The notes beneath the pieces were generated by a model. It saw only the letters and a list, made by a program, of their open reading frames with translations, searched no databases and was not told where the DNA came from. A program made the position numbers and the translations under genes. From Porphyridium purpureum (Eukaryota), in NCBI GenBank assembly GCA_008690995.1, contig VRMN01000004.1, positions 1,426,001 to 1,490,000 on the forward strand: DNA of 64,000 nt, written 5' to 3'. How positions within the stretch are numbered: position 1 is the stretch's first letter; every line of letters starts with the position of its first letter. Below, piece after piece: positions 21,098 through 29,764 of the stretch.

Positions 21098-23449
21098 ATG
21101 GCAGGCGACGAGTGGTCTGCGGCGGGTGCTGCAGGCGGCGCGCCGTCTGCGTCACCGGCCGCCGCGGCTCGTGCCCCAAATGGGCAAAATGGGCAAAATG
21201 CGCAGAATATCATTTCGCCGCTGCAACAAATGTTTGACGCACGGATGATGCCGCCGCCGCCGCAGCAGCACCATCACCCACACCACCATTATCTTCAGCA
21301 GCATCAGTTCCCACAGCAGCAAGAACCGCCGCGCGCACGAAGCGGCTGGGACGTGCCGCAGAGCGGCGAGAGCGCGCGGGATCAGCACTCTGTGTCTGCG
21401 ACGGCGCATTCACCGTGGGGGCCCCCTGTGCCTATGGATCCGGCAGGTGCGTATTGGGGCGCGGCCCGCTCTTCACCATGGCAAGACGGCGCTGGCAACG
21501 CAGCGCCGCGTGTGCCAGACCATCAAGCACAGGCGTGGGCTCCCAAATCGGACGCGGTCCATAATGGCGTGAGCGAGACGTGGGCGCCACAGCGCCCACC
21601 GCTGTCGCAGGCCGGACAAGTGGCGCCTGGTTTCGATGGTATCGAGCTCATGCGACTGGCTGCTGAGTACGAGCAACAGCAGCAGCTCGGGCAGCAGCGG
21701 TTGCGGCCCTATCACGGTCCTCATCAAGCTCCATCCCACTCCCCCGCGGCCGGCCCGTCATACCATCGGCCGCCCGTGACTTCCGCTTTGTCCGTGGCAG
21801 AAGTTGAGAACATGATCGCGCAGGCACGGCAGTTGCAGCTAGATTCACAACCAGAACGCGGCGATGGCGGTGCGGCACGTAAGATGATACCGAACCCGAA
21901 TGAAATTGCCCGGAACACCGAGCAAGCAGGTGCTGCGTCGGCCAATTCGGTAAACGATCGAACCGCAGACGTAGAGGATTCTATTGAGTATGTACTGCCC
22001 GCGAGGGCTCAGCCTCGCCGAGCATACCCGGGTGGCGCAGTGTATGTGCAGCGCGACCGACCGGAATCCACACTGGTACACGATTTCGTCCGTGCCCTTC
22101 AGATCTCGCTCAGGAATGTCATTCACGACATCATGCCGCCAGAGGCGGACGAGAAGCGCAAGGCACGCCTAGTGCGGCACCTGAACAAAATCTGTCGTTC
22201 CGAGTGGTCGCATTCTGAAATTGTCATGTTTGGATCGTCAGGGAACATGCTTTGCCTCCGCGGAGGCGATGTGGACACCGTGCTTATTGTGCCAGCTCAG
22301 GACACGATTTATACACCAAAGCCGCACGGTGATGAAGAGCAACCCACGCCGCGGCCCATGACAAACAAGCAAATCATCCGGCGCATGGGCCGTTGTCTGC
22401 GCCGAGCGAGAATGCAAGATGTGCAGGAGCTGCTCCGCGCGCGCGTTCCAATCATCAAAATGTTTGATCCAGTGAGCGAGTTTCGCGTCGACTTGTGTGT
22501 GAACAATATTCTCGGCTGCCACAATACAAATTTGCTGCGCACATACATGCAAATGGATGAGCGCGTGCGACAATTGGCGTTGCTGATCAAGTACTGGGCG
22601 AAGCGGCGCGCCCTCAACGAGCCGTACCGAGGCACGCTCAGCTCTTATGCCTACGTGCTGCTGGTCATTTTTTACTTCCAGCACGTATTGCGTCTGCTTC
22701 CGTCTCTGCAGATGCTCGACCGCAACGGCAAACCGTGTCGATCGGAGAGTGATGTACCGCGTAGGATTCGGGACGGTTGGAACGTCTACTTTTACGGAGA
22801 TGGCATGGAGATCCCGCCGCGAATTCTTGCTGGCCGGAGCGCTGTGAACGCCTCGCTCACAATGGCCCAAATTGTGATGGGGTTTTTCGAATTTTATGCG
22901 TACGTGTTTGATTTTTCAAATCAGGTGGTTTCTATCCGCCTGGGTCGACCCATTCCGAGTCATGAGCACACATGGAACAAGCAACCATGTGGGCCTGGAG
23001 ATGAATTCGAGCAAGCAGCCGAACCCAGTGACCACGCGTTGCGGGACCACAACTTGAAATCAGCCGAGACGAGTGAGGACGCTCCGAAACGTACGGACAG
23101 ATTAAGTAAGCACTACTTCCAAATAGAAGATCCCTTTGATCTAAGCCATGATCTTGGGCGAGTCATTGATGATGTACAGCTGGGAGTCATCAGGGAAGAA
23201 TTCACGCGTGCATTTGAAACATTGGTAGCGACCGCAGACTTTGCACACGTGTGTGAAGCCTTTGAGGAGCCGCTCATGCCTGTTCAGCGTGCGCATGTGG
23301 TCCAAGGCATTCGAGAGGAGCCAGCTCCGGATTGGCCAGAACTGGAGAAAAGCACGGATCATGATGAAAGGTCGGCGACAGCGTCAATGGGTGGGGCACG
23401 TGAAGTTACGAGTCTGGAGGATGACGGCTCTCGGCAAGGCGGTCCTTAA
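21098..23449 (+). CDS. Terminal uridylyltransferase (Cid1/URT1 family)
   Basis: FGSS...DVD catalytic motif, RARVPIIK, DLCVNN, KYWAK, GTLSSYAY, IEDPFDLSHDLG (with the UTP-selecting His); disordered N-terminus. Confidence 0.9.
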   Translation: MAGDEWSAAGAAGGAPSASPAAAARAPNGQNGQNAQNIISPLQQMFDARMMPPPPQQHHHPHHHYLQQHQFPQQQEPPRARSGWDVPQSGESARDQHSVSATAHSPWGPPVPMDPAGAYWGAARSSPWQDGAGNAAPRVPDHQAQAWAPKSDAVHNGVSETWAPQRPPLSQAGQVAPGFDGIELMRLAAEYEQQQQLGQQRLRPYHGPHQAPSHSPAAGPSYHRPPVTSALSVAEVENMIAQARQLQLDSQPERGDGGAARKMIPNPNEIARNTEQAGAASANSVNDRTADVEDSIEYVLPARAQPRRAYPGGAVYVQRDRPESTLVHDFVRALQISLRNVIHDIMPPEADEKRKARLVRHLNKICRSEWSHSEIVMFGSSGNMLCLRGGDVDTVLIVPAQDTIYTPKPHGDEEQPTPRPMTNKQIIRRMGRCLRRARMQDVQELLRARVPIIKMFDPVSEFRVDLCVNNILGCHNTNLLRTYMQMDERVRQLALLIKYWAKRRALNEPYRGTLSSYAYVLLVIFYFQHVLRLLPSLQMLDRNGKPCRSESDVPRRIRDGWNVYFYGDGMEIPPRILAGRSAVNASLTMAQIVMGFFEFYAYVFDFSNQVVSIRLGRPIPSHEHTWNKQPCGPGDEFEQAAEPSDHALRDHNLKSAETSEDAPKRTDRLSKHYFQIEDPFDLSHDLGRVIDDVQLGVIREEFTRAFETLVATADFAHVCEAFEEPLMPVQRAHVVQGIREEPAPDWPELEKSTDHDERSATASMGGAREVTSLEDDGSRQGGP

Positions 23450-24335
23450 AAGACTTTCGACGCCGCCGTACGTACGCGTCCTCCTCTTCTTCTGAAACCG
23501 TCCGTGGCCGGTCTTCTTGTGAATCTTGGGTTGCAGTCACAGAGTGCTGTTGCAAAACCGTTCTGTCCGAAAAGGGAGCGGACCCGTCGCCACCAGCTCT
23601 GGTTCCAGATACAGGTAAAAGAGCGCTAGAGAAGCTGGTGTCTGGAACACTGCTGCTTTTCCGCGGTACGCTTGTCAACTTGACGCCCTTCCAGAAATAA
23701 ATAAAGTTGGTAAGGGAGGCCCAGACGCCCTTTGGTTTGAGGTACTGCCGGGCAGCGTACTTGTTGACTCGCGTCTGTTTCGTCATTGAATCCAGGACCA
23801 CAAGGTCGTACACGTTCGCCAAGCCCAAAGGATTCACAAAGATAGTGGCTCGCGCACCCTCCGAGCTCCGGAGATAACGTACGTCGACGTCCTCACGTGG
23901 GAAAAACACCTTCCCGTCATAAATTTCGTACCTCGCGGATTTCGCAAGTTGAATGCCTCCCCAAGAGGCCACAGCACATCGGCGGCGCCCCGAGCCATCG
24001 GCGCCGCCTGCGCGCTTTTCTCGCTGCATGACGAAATTGCGTTCCTTGCGACTGCCACCGTCCTTTTTCTCCTTGAGCAGTTCGCGCTCCCAATTCACGC
24101 GCCGCCGCCGCTCGGCTTCCTGCTGCGCTTGCGATGGCTGTTGCTCCAGCATCTTTCTCCTTTTCGTCGCCGAAGGCGGCCGCTGCAACTCTGACATATC
24201 CATCACAAGGTTGTTTGAACGGTAGCAGCGCCTCTGTTTCGTCCCGTGCCATCCTAGTGGCCACGACGCCGCATCAGGCCGCGTCGAGCTGGCCGCGGAG
24301 ACAAATGCAAACTGCACGTGCCCGGCACCCAACAT
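23406..24335 (-). CDS. Plastid-targeted DUF427-domain protein
   Basis: FAFVS transit-peptide motif; DGKVFFPREDV...NKYAARQYLKPK...FIYFWKGVK matches the DUF427 pattern. Confidence 0.7.
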   Translation of the reverse strand: MLGAGHVQFAFVSAASSTRPDAASWPLGWHGTKQRRCYRSNNLVMDMSELQRPPSATKRRKMLEQQPSQAQQEAERRRRVNWERELLKEKKDGGSRKERNFVMQREKRAGGADGSGRRRCAVASWGGIQLAKSARYEIYDGKVFFPREDVDVRYLRSSEGARATIFVNPLGLANVYDLVVLDSMTKQTRVNKYAARQYLKPKGVWASLTNFIYFWKGVKLTSVPRKSSSVPDTSFSSALLPVSGTRAGGDGSAPFSDRTVLQQHSVTATQDSQEDRPRTVSEEEEDAYVRRRRKSFKDRLAESRHPPDS

Positions 24336-24460
24336 GACACTCAAAAATGATCATCGACGCCCACGTGGCCGCGGTTCTTGTCTCTCACATTTGTTGTGCA
24401 CGCAGCCTGGCATCTGGGGATGGACGGATTAAGACCAAGTTGGGGGCTTCGGAGTATTCC

Positions 24461-25327
24461 ATGGGAAAATATGGCGCGCTGATCGTCGATGCCGCCGACG
24501 CAACCGTCGAGCAAGATTCGGAAGCGGCCGAAGCGATTGTGCCTGTTGCATCCCCATCTCTTTTCGTGCGGGCGGGCGTGTTGTCAGAAGCATCCGGAAG
24601 TGCGTATGTGGAGCTTGGAAACACCCAAGTGTTTTGCGCGGTTCATGGTCCGCGTGCGGCCGGGTCTGGCGGGTCAGGACAAGGCTTCGGATCGGGTTCG
24701 ATGTCTGGACAGCCTTCCTCGCAGCGCGGGATCGTGACCTGTGATGTGCGCTCGCTCGGTGAGGGTATGGTCGACAATGCAGGGGCGCTTGCGGTAGTGG
24801 TTAGCTCCATTCTGAGCGCAGTGGTGCGTCTGGAGCAGTATCCGAAGAGCAGGATCGACGTGTATGTTTTGATGGTCAATGATAGCGGTTCGGCGTTCGC
24901 CGCAACCGTCAATGCGGCTTGTTTGGCGCTGTGCGATGCGGGCGTGGCCATGAGGGACCTGGTGTCGGCTTGCTCGATGGGAGTGACGCGTGTACGACCA
25001 GATCCGGCGAGCGAGAGCGCAATGGAAGTCGACAAATGCGATGATCAAGATGATCATGACGGCGTCCTTGCTGTGGTGGCAAATCCGCAGAATTCCAGGC
25101 CCGGATCACGAAAAACGCAAAGGATGACGCTGATGGACTTTGCAATCATGCCAAACCTAGGCAGAGTTGTGTATGCGCATTTGCGTGGGCAGGTGGAATT
25201 CAACCATGTTGAAAAAGCCTCTGAAAAGGCCATGGCTCAGGCACGATTGGTTGCTGCGATCCTATCGTCCTACATGCGTGAGCGCGAGAAATCTGCTCTC
25301 GACGCGATGTCTGCCGGCACGGCATGA
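24461..25327 (+). CDS. Exosome RNase PH-like subunit (MTR3/EXOSC6-like)
   Basis: ASGSAYVELGNTQVFCAVHGPR, VRLEQYPKSRIDVYV, ACLALCDAGVAMRDLV. Confidence 0.85.
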   Translation: MGKYGALIVDAADATVEQDSEAAEAIVPVASPSLFVRAGVLSEASGSAYVELGNTQVFCAVHGPRAAGSGGSGQGFGSGSMSGQPSSQRGIVTCDVRSLGEGMVDNAGALAVVVSSILSAVVRLEQYPKSRIDVYVLMVNDSGSAFAATVNAACLALCDAGVAMRDLVSACSMGVTRVRPDPASESAMEVDKCDDQDDHDGVLAVVANPQNSRPGSRKTQRMTLMDFAIMPNLGRVVYAHLRGQVEFNHVEKASEKAMAQARLVAAILSSYMREREKSALDAMSAGTA

Positions 25328-25387
25328 CCAACTGGGCGACGCCCTTTTTCCCAACTTGATTGTAGATAGAGACGGATGTGCAAACAT

Positions 25388-26146
25388 CTACTTAATGTAG
25401 CTTTCCAAAGCAATGATGAGACGACCGAACGCTGGCTTCACCCATAGATCCCACTCTGTTTCATCGAAGCCACGCTCCTTGGCCATTTCGGCACTGACGT
25501 CGCGAAGGGAGCAAACGCCAAAGACCATGGCATCCAGAGGAACTTCGAATTCCTCGTAAAGCTTTTCCATAATGGAAAGACCCACTGGATCTAGAAAGTC
25601 ATCTTCGAGGCCCAGCGCCACGCTGTACGTCACAACACGCACAAACTCGACAAAGTCGCGCCAGCATGCCTTTGCACGAAACGCCGGGAAGAGGCCGCCT
25701 CCGGGCTGGTCGATGCCAGGGAAGGTTTCGAGCATGCGCTCGCGCGCAGCTTGGACAATCGCATCCACGCGTTCTTCCAAGAATGCAGCCATTTCCGCAT
25801 TGCCAGGCGGGTTCTTATTCCGTACCTGTGCCAGCTCGGACAGTGAAAGGAAGCGCTTTTCCTTCTCCGCCTGCTCGGCAAACGCCCCGCACGCTTCCGT
25901 GTTGTAGATTGGCTGCGCAATCTGCTGTTTGATCAATTCCATGATCCGCGGACTCAAGGCAGACGCCGTCCCTGCTGTCACTGCGTCGGCTCGCGCAGCC
26001 GATCCGTCTGGCGACGTCGCGCCTCCTGTGGCCGAGGAAGACGCGCCCTGCGCCTGCGCACACATGCACAGGCTACGGGATGACTGTGTGCGAAGTGCAG
26101 GCCGTGCTGCATGCCCCGAAGGTGCCGTGAACACGAAATGAAGCAT
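25388..26146 (-). CDS. Nucleus-encoded, plastid-targeted allophycocyanin-like (AplA-type) phycobiliprotein
   Basis: AEKEKRFLS..EL, FPGIDQPGGGLFP, AKACWRDFVEFVRVVTYS (bilin Cys motif), GLSIMEKLYEEFEVPLDAM; Ala/Ser-rich N-terminal extension. Confidence 0.8.
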   Translation of the reverse strand: MLHFVFTAPSGHAARPALRTQSSRSLCMCAQAQGASSSATGGATSPDGSAARADAVTAGTASALSPRIMELIKQQIAQPIYNTEACGAFAEQAEKEKRFLSLSELAQVRNKNPPGNAEMAAFLEERVDAIVQAARERMLETFPGIDQPGGGLFPAFRAKACWRDFVEFVRVVTYSVALGLEDDFLDPVGLSIMEKLYEEFEVPLDAMVFGVCSLRDVSAEMAKERGFDETEWDLWVKPAFGRLIIALESYIK

Positions 26147-26275
26147 TTTCCGTGATTGCGTCTGATCTAGCTCCCCCTTCTCTTCGCAGCTTCATGTCTG
26201 GACTGTAGTTCGCTTGACATCGGACGCAAACGTGTGTTGGGCCAGTTATGTTTGCTCGGCATCACCGTAATCGTG

Positions 26276-27166
26276 ATGCCTGTTGAACACGAGAGCGCTA
26301 CACAGGCGCACACGCCGCGTCGTTTCGTGGACAAGGTGGTTCTTGTGACTGGCTCAACAGCGGGCATCGGCTTTGCTGCAGCCGAGCAGTTTGTGCGCGA
26401 GGGCGCGCAAGCTGTGTTTGTGGTGAGTCGGAAGCAAGCAAATGTTGACGCCGCGGTCGCAGCACTTGAACGTGTGGCCGCTGCTGCTTCAGAGTCGTAC
26501 GCGCGGTCCAGAATCGTCGGAAAGGCATGCAATGTCGGAGACCGTCATGCCATGCAGCAGCTCTTGGAGCAAGTGGAGCGCGAATACGCGCGACTTGACG
26601 TTCTGATTCTGAACGTAGCTGCCAATCCGTTATTCGGACCGCTGCTCGATGCTGCGAATGAAAGTGGGCCATCGGAAAAAGCATGGGATAAACTGTTTGA
26701 AGTGAACGTCAAGAGCACGTTTTATCTAGCGCACGATGCCGCGAAATTGTTGAGAAACGCTCGTGCCGGCAGTGTCGTCGTAGTGGGGTCCATTGCCGGT
26801 TATGACGCGCTACCTGCACTGGGTGCGTACTCGATCACAAAGACAGCCCTGCTGTCGCTCACGAGAACGCTCGCCGTCGAGCTGGCACCTCGCGTGCGTG
26901 TCAACTGTTGTGCACCCGGGATTGTGATGACGAGATTTTCCGAGGCTCTCTGGAGAACCAATGAGAACCACGCGTCTGGAGCGGTTGCCCACTCTGGATC
27001 TGATGAACGTCATGAATCTTCACCCGCTGCGAATTCGATCCCACTTAACCGGTATGCAGAGCCGAGCGAAATTGCAAAAGCAATCGCATTTCTCGCGTCC
27101 TCAGACGCGAGCTACATCACGGGCGAAACATTGGTGGTGGCGGGCGGAATGCGCTCCCGACTTTAA
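26276..27166 (+). CDS. Peroxisomal short-chain dehydrogenase/reductase (DHRS4-like)
   Basis: TGSTAGIG, YSITK (YxxxK), SYITGETLVVAGG, C-terminal PTS1 SRL. Confidence 0.92.
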   Translation: MPVEHESATQAHTPRRFVDKVVLVTGSTAGIGFAAAEQFVREGAQAVFVVSRKQANVDAAVAALERVAAAASESYARSRIVGKACNVGDRHAMQQLLEQVEREYARLDVLILNVAANPLFGPLLDAANESGPSEKAWDKLFEVNVKSTFYLAHDAAKLLRNARAGSVVVVGSIAGYDALPALGAYSITKTALLSLTRTLAVELAPRVRVNCCAPGIVMTRFSEALWRTNENHASGAVAHSGSDERHESSPAANSIPLNRYAEPSEIAKAIAFLASSDASYITGETLVVAGGMRSRL

Positions 27167-27246
27167 GTTTCTCGCCTTGTCCGTTGAGGCGCTCTGTTCC
27201 ACTTCTTCTGGTTGTGCGACACTTCTACCATTCCTTTATCTGATAG

Positions 27247-29397
27247 CTATGCCTTTTTCAAAGAACTGAACAGTGTATCGCTGCCCTGCTTCCGATGCCC
27301 GTGCTTCTCAGGATTCGTCACGCGATTAAAGTCTAAGCTCTGATTGGACTGCGCGCGAGATTTTGGTTCTGAACCGTGATAATGGCCACCATTCGATCCA
27401 CCTTTGCCTGCACCAGCCTGGTTCGAGCTTTCTTCTGATGCAATCCCAAAAAATTCCAGAATCGAAAACTTGTTGTTCCCTTCCATTTGACGACGCTTCT
27501 CTCGAATACTGTTCATGTAATAGATGTTATCGCCGTCAAAATCAAGGCGCTGCGTGATCATTTCAGAGTTTCGCTTCCGGCGCACCGCGGACTTAACCTT
27601 GGTAAACGCACTATTGTTCCGATTGTCCCGCTCAGCCTGGATGTCTGCGAGCAACCGGCGTCCAAGATCATCTTGCAAGATCTTGACCTCATCCCGCTCA
27701 TCTAAGAAAAGAAGAATATCACAGACACTTCCAAACGACGAATGCCGCTCATTGTGTGGCAGAGCCAGCGAGCTCGCCGCAAACGCTGCCATGCGAGGAA
27801 TCATTTGTACTTCGTCCGCTAAGAATCCGGCTAGGGCTACATTTCTGGCGGGTGACGGTTTACCACGCCCGCCTTCCACAATGACTTCAAAGATCGTTTC
27901 GAGAACGCGATCGTACATTGAAACTCTTTCATGGTTGAAAAAGAAATCCACCATGACCTTGGGAACTTGTTGCGTCACCAACGCCTCCACAAGATCCAGG
28001 TCCGAATACTTGAAGAAGAAGCTGAAGCATGTGAGAATCGCAAGCGGCGCACGACCAAAACGAGTCTTTTCGTCAACGTTCCGCTTAACAATGTCAACGA
28101 CGCGTGGGAGGCGCCGAATGATCTCCTCATTAAAGGCTGAGCAATCTGTATGCGTCACATTCTCCTCTTCATCCGGGTCGAGCGACTGAAGCTCTTCGTA
28201 AACACCGAAGACGCCCGAAATGGCTTCGAACACGCAAGCAATCAAGATACCGTCATGGTACTGCTCCTCAATTTCTAGCACGCGGTCCAGAATATCAATC
28301 AGACACTGAGGATATCTGAACAGGTTTAGACGGACAAGCGCATCTGCGTAATCAGCGAGCGCGGTCCCAGGAGTCGTGGACTTGGGCGGTGACGTAATCA
28401 GCACGCGCAACCAAATATCTCGCATCGCAACTAAACTGTTCTCAACGTATTGCACCTTGATTTCCGGTCGAACGTCCTTGTCTTCGACACGCGCCGTTCC
28501 GTCTCTTGGGTAAAGATGGTCAGCATATCGCAGCACCTGGTCACGCATTTTTTCGTACACATTGCAGAGGTGCAAGTGCAGCACTCCTTTCTTGGATACC
28601 TTGTAAAATGCGTAATTGTTTGTTCTTCGCGCGTCCGCGACGCGCACCAGGGAAGGCAAAAGTCGCGCCACGTAAAAGTTTGATAGAAAGCGGACCAGGA
28701 AACCAGCAAATGTAGCCTGTGTGCGGGAAGAGCACAACGTGTCAATGAGCTTCACTTGGTGCTCTTTGGCGACAGCACACAATGAGCGAGTTACGCAGTT
28801 CAGAATCATGGGGTCCACCCGGGAAGCGTGTGCTTCGTGCTTTGCATAATAGTCCAAGAACAGCCCGATGCTCTTTGGGCTGCTCGCAATCTGAGTGCGA
28901 AACAGCGGGTCACCATCCTTAATTAATATCGAAGCGACCCAATTAACGCGGTAGAACTCTCGGACCGACGGGCTGCGCGAATTGTGCGAACCACTCGGAT
29001 TTGTTCCACCGCCCGAGGAGGTCGCTCCAGCAGAAGAAAGCAGAAGACCAGACGCGCTCGACTCCAACTCTGGGCGGGCCTCGCGTGGCGTGTTCATCAT
29101 CAGAACGATCATGTTGTCGATTTGGTGGGTTATGATACCGTACACGCTGCGCACCGTATCTTCCGGGAGGGGCTCGTACAGCTCAAAGAGGTGAGTGAGC
29201 AGGCCCTCAAGAGAAAGCCGGCCCAGATTAAACTTGACGATGTCGCGCTTGATGGTTGAGACATGCACGGCCTCCATCTTTGCCGCCGCGACGCCCGTCG
29301 GCATGGCGGCGGGCACCAACGCCGCCGCGACATCCGTCGACATGCGGCTCGAGCCACTGCCGGTCTTTCCCTGCAGCAAGTTCCTGAGCGCCGCCAT
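27247..29397 (-). CDS. Putative SIT4/PP6 regulatory subunit (SAPS-like), divergent
   Basis: Long helical ORF. LSLEGLL near the N-terminus, YRVNWVASIL and RFGRAPLAIL...MVDFFFNH align by eye with SAPS motifs. Confidence 0.55.
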   Translation of the reverse strand: MAALRNLLQGKTGSGSSRMSTDVAAALVPAAMPTGVAAAKMEAVHVSTIKRDIVKFNLGRLSLEGLLTHLFELYEPLPEDTVRSVYGIITHQIDNMIVLMMNTPREARPELESSASGLLLSSAGATSSGGGTNPSGSHNSRSPSVREFYRVNWVASILIKDGDPLFRTQIASSPKSIGLFLDYYAKHEAHASRVDPMILNCVTRSLCAVAKEHQVKLIDTLCSSRTQATFAGFLVRFLSNFYVARLLPSLVRVADARRTNNYAFYKVSKKGVLHLHLCNVYEKMRDQVLRYADHLYPRDGTARVEDKDVRPEIKVQYVENSLVAMRDIWLRVLITSPPKSTTPGTALADYADALVRLNLFRYPQCLIDILDRVLEIEEQYHDGILIACVFEAISGVFGVYEELQSLDPDEEENVTHTDCSAFNEEIIRRLPRVVDIVKRNVDEKTRFGRAPLAILTCFSFFFKYSDLDLVEALVTQQVPKVMVDFFFNHERVSMYDRVLETIFEVIVEGGRGKPSPARNVALAGFLADEVQMIPRMAAFAASSLALPHNERHSSFGSVCDILLFLDERDEVKILQDDLGRRLLADIQAERDNRNNSAFTKVKSAVRRKRNSEMITQRLDFDGDNIYYMNSIREKRRQMEGNNKFSILEFFGIASEESSNQAGAGKGGSNGGHYHGSEPKSRAQSNQSLDFNRVTNPEKHGHRKQGSDTLFSSLKKA

Positions 29398-29602
29398 CTC
29401 GACCCGTTGCCGTTGCCTCCGATCTACCTCCAATCTCCGGAAACATGAAATGACCACAGCCCTCTTGCCTTCACTCTCCACAACCCGATTCCGTTCGCCT
29501 GCTGCGATACGCGCCTCGAATTTCTCCCCCTCACCCTCAACGTCTACTGAACACTACACGCGTCTTTGCTGTACACACGCGCTTTGGGGAGTGGAAGCGC
29601 AG

Positions 29603-29677
29603 GGATGTACAGTGACATGTTCCGTGTGAATTGTGGGTGTACAGTGACACGTTCAGTGTGCATGAAGGGTGTACAGT
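29603..29677. repeat. Degenerate 32-bp tandem repeat (about 2.3 copies) carrying TGTACAGT, in a divergent promoter
   Basis: GGATGTACAGTGACATGTTCCGTGTGAATTGT / GGGTGTACAGTGACACGTTCAGTGTGCATGAA / GGGTGTACAGT. Confidence 0.8.
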
Positions 29678-29764
29678 CCATGTGGCTGCGTCGACACGCG
29701 CGGTGCGCGGTGGTGCGGTGGTGCGCGCGGCTGCGTGTGGGTGAGTGGTGTGGATGGGTGAGAG

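Noticed and set aside
19994..21179. Several 200+ aa ORFs in the GT11/TUTase divergent region
   Set aside because: Low-complexity, mutually overlapping GC-rich frames typical of promoter or UTR DNA.
7678..25327. Apparent clustering of RNA-metabolism genes (PUF, DBP9, TUTase, MTR3)
   Set aside because: Interspersed with unrelated genes; expected by chance in a compact genome.
29603..29677. CRISPR-like interpretation of the 32-bp periodic repeat
   Set aside because: Head-to-tail degenerate units without unique spacers, no cas genes, eukaryotic context.
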